A stretch of DNA of 64,000 nt from assembly GCA_051294375.1 (NCBI GenBank), contig CM119263.1:5020740-5084739 (forward strand), in the 5' to 3' direction. Shown piece by piece: positions 24,561 through 34,886 of this stretch. Origin of the DNA: Paraspadella gotoi. Lineage: Eukaryota > Animalia > Chaetognatha. Under the pieces are notes generated by a model. The model made no database searches. It was not told the origin of the DNA and saw only the letters and a program-made list of their open reading frames with translations. Position 1 is the stretch's first letter. Every line of letters starts with the position of its first letter. A program made the position numbers and the translations under genes.

Positions 24561-25836
24561 TGTAGAACTATTTTTTACTTCGTTCGAAATCTGATCTTTT
24601 GTTCCCCGCATTCGCGAGAAACCAGTCATTTTCTCTCTCGTCTATCTTTTAAATTGGTTCACAGACGATATCCTTGCACGTTACCGTTTTTGCTGCTTCG
24701 AATTTAATGCCAAATTCTCTGCTTATTCACGCCGTTTTATTTTCGAAGTTAAATGTAATATTTTATGGCTTATGTAATCGCCAAATTATCTATAAAGTCG
24801 ACGTGTATACCAGGTCCGTTTTAATGGTTTTTATAGTTTTTAATGCGTTATAATTCGAAGCATTTTATATATAAATCGTTGTATAATCTGTTTCACAGTC
24901 CAGGCGGCTGCTTTCTCGGATCCCTTCCGAAGCTTTTTGCCGATGCTTTAACGGCTGCCTTTCTCGATCCCTTTCCGACGCTTTTTCCGATGCTTTTTTC
25001 CGATGCTTTTTCCGATGCTTTTTCCGATGCATTACGGCTGCCCTTACGGTTTTTTACGCGAATTCATTATGGTTCATACAATTGGATATTTGCCTTATTT
25101 TGAACGTTTATACCTCGTTATGTTATGTTATTAAGGCGGGTCAAATTGACACACTTTTTATAACTTTTAATTCTCTCAAAAAAATTCCTTTTTTCCTTCT
25201 ATTACTAAATCGATTTTCAAATGTAACTTTTTTAATTAGTTTATTGGTGTTGCACTGAAGGCTTTAAATATTTATAATATATATACAAATGACAAAAATT
25301 TTTTTTTTAAAAAATTAGTTTTTTAAGAAACGGATTCCTATAGAGCTTGAAAAGTTAATGAAGTAGTACTACAATTTTTAAAAATTTTGGACAAGAATGG
25401 TTAAAAACAGAAAAAACGTTAAAAAACTCATCATCATCATCATCATTAGCTGAATTTTATAGTTTTTAAAATTTTTATCAATAAAACAAAAAAATTTAAA
25501 ATTTTGTATATAACCTTCATCTACTTTTAAAGCTCTATCAGAATCCATTAAAAAAATTGAAAAATTCAAAAAAAATTTTTAACTTTATATAGTAAAAAAT
25601 AATCTTTAAATCTTCCGTGCGCGTTATTAATAAATAATTTTTAAAGATTATTTTTATTTTCATATTCTCTAACAGTCACTTTATCATATTTATTTGAGAG
25701 AAACTCTAGTTAATCAACCTGTTCGAGCTAATGTTTATATTACAACAATATATGATGCTAAACTGTAAAACACGTCCTCAATGCTAAAGTCATACAAAGT
25801 GAATAGGCCGCACCTAGGTTTAGTAGGAAACCTAAC
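24561..25836 (+). repeat. 3' LTR of the BEL/Pao element, split by a ~600-bp insertion
   Basis: tgtagaacta follows the polypurine tract. LTR homology breaks at ~25131 and resumes at ~25731 (atgtttatattacaac), running to cctaac at 25836. Confidence 0.9.
25132..25730. mobile_element. AT-rich foldback/MITE-like insertion nested in the 3' LTR
   Basis: Absent from the 5' LTR. Internal imperfect inverted repeat ggattcctatagagcttgaaaagt (~25332) / acttttaaagctctatcagaatcc (~25523), roughly centred in the insert. Flanked by atgttat / atgtttat (possible TSD). Terminal inverted repeats are not clean. Confidence 0.65.
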
Positions 25837-26446
25837 CCTGATCTCAAATTGACTGAAACTGAGCATTATAAACTGAAGTCTAAATTTTGAATGAGCTGAG
25901 AATAGAGGGAAAGGAGAAATATTGATCAAACGCAAAGATATAATTGGAAATTAAAATACAAAAAGTGAAAGTAATTTGTTTAAGAGACAAAAAAATGAAA
26001 AAATGAAAAAGAAAATTCCTCCCGAATCGAAAAATAAAACAAATTACGATTAGGGAAATAGAATATTTAAAATCGAAAAACGCCAAAAAAATCTAAAATT
26101 AAGAATCCATATTAAAGTATGAAAGGAAACAAAATTTCGAAATCCACGAGTTAAATTAAGCGCAAAAAAAAGGATTGACAAAAATGACGTTCGAAAAATT
26201 TCGCCCAAAATCGAAGGAAATTCATTTTTTTTATGAATATTAACAATTATTAAAATGTGTTTTTTTTTTCCAAATCTGTTTTTCCATCGTTTCGAGAATC
26301 CGACTATTCGCTGTCTTTTTACTTTAATCAAATGACGTGATAAACGTGATTCTAAAAGTCCGCGCTCGACGTTAAAGATCGAATCTCGATTCTCATTCGT
26401 TTTCGATCTTTCGGTTTTCCATTTCATCCGGGCACCCGCATGAATA

Positions 26447-26481
<35 letters not shown>

Positions 26482-26856
26482 ATCGTCATCGTCGATCACA
26501 TCGTCATTGTTGTTGTCGTCGTCGTCGTCGTTGTATTCGTCGCCGTCGTTTACAATACGTACAATAAAAATACACGTTATCGAATTGTTATCCTATAAAT
26601 ATTATTCATTCAATAAACAAACGGTCTTGCCCAAGTAATTTAAGTTTAAGCTAATATTATTAGTAATTAGTAGTTATTTGTAATAATAAGATAATAACAT
26701 ATCAAAACCATGCAGGCTTTTTCAATCAAGACTATCTCACAGTCTATTTTATCAAAAATATTACTTTCATATAAAGAACCGTGATTTGCTATCAATCAAG
26801 TTTAATATTTCTCTGAGCTGTTTCAACTGATTCACGAACCACTTCCTGATTATGAA

Positions 26857-26919
<63 letters not shown>

Positions 26920-27481
26920 ACAGATAAATATAAAAATTATTCAAATTACTCAATAGACAAACTATTTTGTTCCTTACTATGGACAGCCAGACTGTCTTTG
27001 GGCTCAGGCGATATAAATTTTCAAATTTAACGTTTAGTCTTTGGACCCAGAATTTTCAGCTTGCTATGTTCAATATACATATTCTCACCTTACATCACTG
27101 AGGCTAAACTATTTCTCTTTAGTCAATCCTCGCAAGATTTCCTCTCTCTTAACTCTTTATTTATTTCTCATCTCTATCTCTCTCACGCTCTCTCTCTGAC
27201 TCTCTCACTCTCAAGCTTTCTCTATCTCGAGAGAGAAGAAAAAAAAATGTGTGAAGCTATTCCAAGTCTTAAAGGCAAAGCAAATGGCAGCGGAGACCCG
27301 CTGAGGAATGAAAAATGAAATTCACAAAATTCAAGGGAAAAATGGGAAGGAGAATGATCTGACGTGATATTGCCTTCACAGGGGGGGGCATGTGAAAATG
27401 GGGGAGGAGGAGGAGGAGGAGGAGAGATCCGGTTGCCACATGTAGGGGAAACTCATTTCTCCCGAATCGACGAGAATGGGT

Positions 27482-30363
27482 TTATCGCCATGACATTTCT
27501 TCTGCTCGCTTCGAGGCTGTTTTTGGAATAGATTCTTGACGAAGTTCCAGAAGGATTGCCTTAGGTCGCCCTGTTGTGAAATTTAAAAAAAAAAAGAAGA
27601 AAAAAAAATAAAAAATACATCAAAAATCAAGGGGGAAAAAACCTGCTGAAGTCGAAGGCCCCAGCGCGTCTATCGTACGGCGGCGAAGCTCATGCCCATC
27701 GCTGGTTTGCAGGTCTTCTCAGAAATTGAGTCGAGTTTGATCTTGACTATTGTCGAGTCATGTCGAGAAACTGATCCTGTAAATATGATGGCCTGGCTCA
27801 GTGTTCTGCGTTCAGTGTTCTCTATGATTTGTTATTTTAAATAAACAACCTTACTCTGTCAAATAGTCAATTATTTTCCCTAAGTCCCCATTTGCCCTTC
27901 TGACTGTAAGCCAGACGGACCCCAACTTTTTCGTTCGCTGAATGCCACAACTCCCCCTAAGGCCTTGTCGCCTGATGCTGCCCGATGATCCTGGCGCTCT
28001 CATACATGTTGCGCCGGGTCCCGATGCGATGCAGTCTTGGTGGATTCGCCGCATTGGCTGGGTCACGTAGTTGCAGGCAAAGGCCAGTGTCGATCAAATG
28101 GGGCCTGTGGAAGTGGAGTTCCAGAATTAAAAAAATTTTACAGCATTAAGGTAGAATCGGGGTCGGTACGGCATTTTTCGTGCCTTTGATGTTTGAGAGA
28201 CGTCGCCGAGGTTGGAGTTGGCGAAGGCGGCGACGAAAGAGCTTGACGTTGCTTCTGTGTTAGAAGCGTCGCTCGATCACTTTCGCCGCGTAACCCTGTA
28301 AGAGAAAATGGTTTTGAAAAATGGACTGAGCCTGATGGAATGCAATCGCAATTCAATACACCTGTGTCACCCGACTTATTGTCCGAGCTGACGAGCTTGT
28401 TGGTGTTGTTTCATCGACGTCGGATGAACGGGCGAACCAGTTGATCATCCCGATACTCTTCTCCGTCCACGCCAACAATCTTATTAGGACGAAAAAATAT
28501 GGAATTGTGGTAGAAGTAGACATTATATGTTATTGATTTATTCCTCAAAATGTGAAAAAGCTTCATTTATAAACTTGACGCGGACAAATTATTAGAGAGA
28601 CTAGACCGATGCGCAATTGACTGTGGACCCATGAGGTTTCGTTTTACGAAAGGTACGGTAACGGACAAATTAAATTTCTGATTAGTTATAATCTTTCGTG
28701 TTGTTTCGGCTACTTTTAATGAAATGAATAACCGCCCCGTCGCCCAAAACCTTCAACAAAAGTCATTAGGTGTGCCGTGTTCCGGCGTATCGCTGCCTCT
28801 CCGCCGTCGGATTGAACTCGTACGCCGAAGGACTGCGGTTGAGGTTAGAGCCGACGGAGGAAAGGGGGTCGCCCGACGCGAGGAGAATGTGGCCGGTCGG
28901 ACGTTTGTCGTGCGCTCCGGTCGATGCTCAAAGGATGCCCGTTCACGAGGGCATCGAACGTTTGCCTGCATTGAGAAAAAGATTCTTATGTCGCAGTGCC
29001 TTTTTTCACTTCTTCCTCTTAACTGAAGTAATTATATATCTCTTCTCTTCTCCTTTCTTTCTTTTCTTTTTCTTTTCTTTTCTTTTCTTTCTTTTCTTTC
29101 TTTCTTCTTCTTTCTTTCTTTCTTTCTTTCTTTCTTCTTTCTTTCTTCTTTCTTTCTTTCTTTCTTTCTTCTTCTTTCTTTCTTCTCTTTCTTCTCTTTT
29201 TTTTCTTTTTTTGTTTCCTTTTTTTGTTGTTTTTTTTTTTTCTCTTCTTTTTTTTTTTTCTTTTCTTTTTTTCTCCTTTCTTTTTTTTTTTTCTTTTTTT
29301 CTTTTTTTCTCTTTCTTTTCTAATTCTTTTCTTTTATTTTTTTTCTTGCTTTTATTTTTTTTTTCTTTCACTCTTTTTTTTCCCCTTTTTTCTTTTCCTT
29401 TTCTTTTTTATTCTCTTTTTTTTTCCTTTTTTTTTTTTCCCCCTTTTTTTTTTTTTTTTTCTCTTTTTTTTTTTCTTATGATTTACTCGTTGGATTCCCA
29501 AAGGGGTTATGATCTGAAAATAGCACGAATTGCAAGTTTCCTCCCGGTCCGGAGTGGTGTGTGTGCTGCTGATTACAAAACGTTCGAATCGTGTACAACC
29601 CTGAAGTGACAGGAGTAAACAGTGACAACCCTTCACTCCATGAGGAGTTCATTCTCACATAACGAAATCGTACATAAACAAACGGCCCGATCAAATCTTG
29701 TTTCTACCTTTGTATTTCTCTCTTGAGTTTTTCGATGACTTCAGTACGAACAAGTTGCGAACGTCATTCCCCGCTTCGACGGTGACTGTAAACGACTCTA
29801 TTCCTGGAAAACGTAGTTAACTAGTTATTGTTTATAGTATAAGTTTATTTGACTTACGATTATTGAATGGAGTTCATCATAAAAATTATTTCAAATTGTC
29901 ATGCCTTCATGCAAATACATCGAGAGGACAAACTGGTACCTAATCGTCGATCCTACAATGTTTGATTATGGTTTTCAAATAAAATTTGTGCATCAAATAA
30001 TAAATAAATAACCTGGTCTTTCTATAATCCACCGTCAGGTCATTCGTTGTCGACTTATATTTATACCCAACGGGGGTTCCGCATCCACAGATTTTTGATC
30101 TCCAGCGTATCTCTCTTCTACACAATACAAATTAAGTCATTAAAACTATTTCTTATCCTTTTGAATATTTCCGACGCATCTCTTCACTCCTTTTCTCACC
30201 CCAATTTCTATCCATCAAATGACGAAGCCCTGCTGTAGAAGTCTCATGTGAATGCCTGCCCCTTTCTGATCGGGGTTGGCGTAGCCCATGAAGCCGATCT
30301 CCGACGCTGAACGCGTCACGTCCGGCCTTTCCGGCGCCGACTTTTTGAACTCGAACCCGTGTC
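27482..30363 (-). CDS. Multi-exon gene or pseudogene, unknown product, tentative tyrosine-recombinase-like (Crypton-like) protein
   Basis: GC-richer blocks bounded on the minus strand by ...AG acceptors and GT/GC(/GA) donors: 30363-30256, 30232-30158, 30117-30013, 29952-29905, 29803-29708, 29600-29487, 28965-28751, 28479-28362, 28295-28142, 28104-~27852, 27776-27643, 27570-27482. The first five blocks splice in consistent phase (GHGFEFKKSAPERPDV...GLRHLMDRNWGEKRSEEMRRKYSKEERY...RWIIERPGSTIRYQFVLSMYLHEGIESFTVTVE) with one in-frame stop. Later exons need indel correction. Confidence 0.65.
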
Positions 30364-31079
30364 CTGTGAAATAGTGGTTAATAGCTATTTTTATATTAGA
30401 TTTTATTATTTTTTATTTTTATTTATTTTTATATTATAGTTTTTTTTGTTTTTTTTTTTTTGTAAATTTAGTTTTTCTAATCAGTGTGTGTTGTAAAATA
30501 TTTTAACTGAATCAAGTTGTATTTTTAAGTTTCAACCGATATTAGTAGGATCGAAAATTGCACAAACGGTTCTCTTTAATAGTAAATTTTGAATAATTCC
30601 GCTATTAACATTGTTTTTATTCAAGATCATATTTTAATATACTCGAAATTTTGGTTGCGTGTTTACTTTACTTGACACGTGACTATACGACGAGGAGAAT
30701 GACGGTCAAACATCCAACTGCCACGCCCACGAAACAGAGACGGAATCCGAAAATATTTTCCGCTCAAAAAACTCGGCGCCATTTTAGGAGAAGCCATTCC
30801 GCCGCTTATGAAAAAGGGATGACGGAGAGAGCGAGAGAGCGAGAGAGCGAGAGGGAGCGAACGTGAGAGAGAGCGAGAAGTCGATGGCGATGACTCGACG
30901 ATCGACGTTTTCAGTTTGCGTCACTCACGTAATTCGAATCGCGAACTCCAATTCGACTGGTCCCACAAATCACCTTTAAGTGTAAAAAATAAAAATTATG
31001 TCACCGGTAAATTACGTAATCAATGTCGCGTTTTTTGTATTTAAAACAAGTTTGAGCAAACAATGTCGGATCTGCCTAC

Positions 31080-31232
31080 GATAATTAAATTAATTAATTG
31101 ATTAATTAATTATTATAGATTAATTAATTAATTAATAATAGATTAATTAATTAATTAATTAATAGATTAATTAATTAATTAATTATAGATAGATTAATTA
31201 ATTAATTAATTAATAGATTAATTATAATTTAT
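31080..31232. repeat. (TTAA)n/(ATTA)n microsatellite with TAGA interruptions
   Basis: Direct inspection. Confidence 0.9.
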
Positions 31233-32739
31233 ATTCAGCTGTCATCATCGATGTCTTAAAATTGAGTCAGGGGACAGTTATTAAATGTTTTGTTACATTT
31301 ATCAAAACAAACAAATATCCTCTATTATCGAGCCAGCGGGCAAAGCCCGTCCTGTCTATGATTTTTTTTCCGGTTTTAGCTTTCGGTCTCGCTTTTTTTG
31401 CAATGCATTGGCATTTCTGAAAAGTGTGATATCATAGGAGTTGAATTTTCATATATGGCTTCTAATCATCAAGATCTTTAAAATTCTCATGTTTCATATC
31501 AATATTGGTATTTGTTTATGTTTTATTTACAAAACAAAAACGTTTTAATTATATGTCGCTTTCTCTCTCTCTCTCTTTTTCTCCGTCACTGCTTCTTCTA
31601 AAACGAGTTCCGGCTCTGCACAGCGTCTGTCCAGCTTCTTTCTCTCTTCTCTCTCTCTCTCTCTTTTTTTTTTTTTACAAAAAATTTTAAGATATAATGT
31701 GGGTTCACTAATGTAAAAAACGATGCGCGAAAACAGGGCGCGACCCGTTGTCCTGTTGGGTAGAGGAAATACTCACGGCTACGTGCGGCCCATTAAGTAC
31801 TGCTGATTCTTTAACGAGTAAAGGGCTGTAGAGCTCTCTCTCCTCTCTCTCTTTTAATTATTATATATCGCTCTTTCTCTTTTTCCTTCTTGCAGCGGGC
31901 TGTCTATCTCTCTCTCTCCTCTTTTTCTCTCTCTCTCTCCCTTCTCTCTGTCTCTCTGTTGTGTGTCTTCCCTATCTGTCCGATCTTTTTGCCGTTGATC
32001 TTGTTTTTGAAAAATTCTGATTATTTTTTCCTTCTAAAAAACTTTTTATTATTGCCATTTATTCCGTTTTCAATACAAAATCCCATATTTTCATCCGAGA
32101 TTTCGTGGATTTATTCTCTTTCTTTCTATTTCTCTCTCTCTCCCTCTCTCTCTCCTCTTTCTCTCTCTCTCTCTTTCTTTCTTCTCCTCTCTCTTCTCTC
32201 TCTCTCTCTCTTCTCTCTCTCTTTCACTCATACATCGGCATTTGTTTGTTTTATTGACTAGCATCGCATCAAATGAATGACAATCATCGCATTCAACATG
32301 AATGCAAATCATCGCATTCACTGAATGACTATCATCACAGCAGTGAATGACTATCATTCGCATCAATAAATTATTATCATCGAATCAATAATCAATTCCT
32401 ATTACATCAATAAATTACTATTACATCAATCAATTTAGTATTACCTTCAAGTCAATTACTAGTACATCAAAACAATTCGTTATACGGCATGAATTCATTC
32501 GTTTTTTTCCCGGTTTTTTCATAATTTCTATGATAGTGGGCTCTGGCTCGATCTTGAGTCCTTTTAAGATTTTTTTTATTTTATGTCTCCTTCTCCTCTC
32601 CTTCTCTCTCAACTCTCTCTCTTTCCTCTCTCACTCTCTCTCTCTCTTCTCACTCTCTCTTTCTCTCTCTCTCTCTCTTCTCTTTTATGCAATAGCGACC
32701 GATCCTTATGCTTTTAAGATTTTTTAAACTTGCATCATT

Positions 32740-33615
32740 TTTTCAAACTTTCATAATTTTTTCAACTTGCATTCCGTCAAAAACTTTATAATCTAGCTTC
32801 TTCAGCACTTTCCTACGGCTACAAAATTTCATCTCAATCTATCATGGGTATAAAATAAATAAAAAGATTCAAGTAAATGTGACTCATATTTTTTTCATTT
32901 AAACTCATTTCCACTGGTACGTTTCCACTGAAACTTTATATCAAGCTTTAGTCATCGTTTTCCTACCACACACAAATTTTCAACTCAATCTATCCATCCA
33001 ATGATGATTAATTGGAGTATTTTTGGTTAAAATAAGTAAAAGATTTTAGTAAATTCGACTTATGTTTTCCATTAACTTAATTTCCCACTCACCACCGAGT
33101 TCCATCGAAATTTTAGTATTCCCGCTTTATCACCACACTTTCCTACCCACACCAAAATTTAATTCCAATCCAACCAGCCAATCACGAGTATTGGAGCTTT
33201 TTGCTAAGATGGGACGGATGGACGTATTGATTGACTAATTAATTAATTATTTGATTAATTTATTTCTAATTGAATTAATTAATGATTAATTATTTGATTT
33301 ATTAATACATCCTGCAGATACATTTAATATAAAAGGAAAAAGAAGCATAATCAATTAGTTTAAAAACAGGTTTTTTGTTTTTTTTCCATTTAAACTTCAT
33401 TTCCACTCAAAACTATTCCATCGAGACTTGATTTCCTGTTTCAATCACACACTTTCTACCCACATACAAAATTCCAGGTCAAATCAGCCCATCCACTCAT
33501 GAGCAAATGCGTGTTCAAATAGTGAATATATTTTTTTAGGTTTTTTCCATTAAACTCATTTCACTCGGACGATTCCATCGAAACTTTAATATCCAGCTCA
33601 ATCCCACACTTACCT
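32740..33615. repeat. Degenerate tandem repeat units typical of a non-autonomous transposon body
   Basis: ttccattaaactcatttccact...ttccatcgaaacttt...cacactttcctacc...caaaattt...caatc recurs at ~32895, ~33065, ~33385 and ~33545. Confidence 0.65.
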
Positions 33616-33658
33616 TAATCTCTCTCTTTTCCCTTTTTCTTCGCGTAGCGTCCGGAGG

Positions 33659-33740
<82 letters not shown>

Positions 33741-34148
33741 CGATTCGGGCAACGGGAAGAGGCGATATCAATTGGCAATAGAAGACGCATTCCGTCGACG
33801 AGAGCCGTTCTCCTGCTCTGATTGGTCTAATCTTCCTTTTCAAAAAACGACTCCTATTGGCTGAAAGGTTTTTTTTTTTTTTTTTTTTTTACCANNNNNN
33901 NNNNNNNNNNNNNNNNNNNGAGTGAGGGGAAGGGACGAAGAGAAAGAAACTGTTTCAAGAGAATAAAGTACCTGTAATAATATTTAGATAGAGAAGAAAA
34001 GAGAGAGAGAGACATGAGAGAGAGAGAGAAGAGAGAGAGAGAGAGGAGAGGAGAGAGAGAGAGAGAGAGAGAAAGTAACAGAGGGGAAATTCGAATTATC
34101 TGTTGGTGTCTGGCTTTATAAGAAAGCCAAAAGAGGTGAGATCTACTA

Positions 34149-34202
<54 letters not shown>

Positions 34203-34807
34203 TTCTCATGAGACTTTGTGAAATCGTGGACCCTCCATTTATGTTACACAACGGCGACAACCACCGACGACGACGACGACGACGACCAAGACGCAAAAAA
34301 AAATCTGAGATTTTCTGGCAATTAAAAAACCAAAAAAAAAAGAAAAAAGAAAAAAGAAAGAAAGCGAGCAAAAAGAGTGACTTTTGTCGTCTTCAAATCG
34401 GCCGTCGTCAACATCGTCGTCTATCGTCGTCGTTATCGGTCGTCTTCATCGTCGTCGTCGTCGTCGTCGTCATCAATCATGGTCCTTGAAGTCACGTTGT
34501 CGCCATCAAGTCTTTAATTTCCGTTTCCCCTCAAAAAAATATCTGATAAAATGCGACAATTTTTTTTACATGCGACAGTTGCGAGGCATAAAGGGACGAC
34601 GACGAGACGATAACGTAGATGGCACGAACGACGAACGACAGACGACGATAACGAAGAAGGCAACGACGCAGACGAAGACGAAGATAACGAAGAATGGCAA
34701 ACGAGAACGAATGAAGACACGACGATTCTGCACCCAAGTGGATATAGAGTAACCACTTTTGCTAGAGAGTTGGCAGTTTGACAATGAAAAAAAGCATGAT
34801 AGGATGG

Positions 34808-34886
<79 letters not shown>

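Larger units (their letters stand above)
18475..25836 (+). mobile_element. BEL/Pao-family LTR retrotransposon, degenerate, RT core apparently deleted
   Basis: Paired LTRs starting TG (5' LTR ends CA). TSD CCGAT (18470-18474) / CC(T)GAT (25837-25842). Purine tract agaggcgggaaaa before the 3' LTR. Gag zinc knuckles CFRCLS.H...C...C..C...H.TMLH (~21175-21270). Protease (L)LDPGSN (~21455). ERALGV...IASIYDP.G (~21958-22090). RNase H LHFFSDASETGYGSVVYI...KSRVAPL (22290-22412). Integrase PFQETG.DF...KRWICLFTCL.MRAVHLE...GGVFERLVRS...VEGILNQRPLT (23497-23952). C-terminal GDLVLVVDD..RGDWPLG (~24195-24250). Confidence 0.95.
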
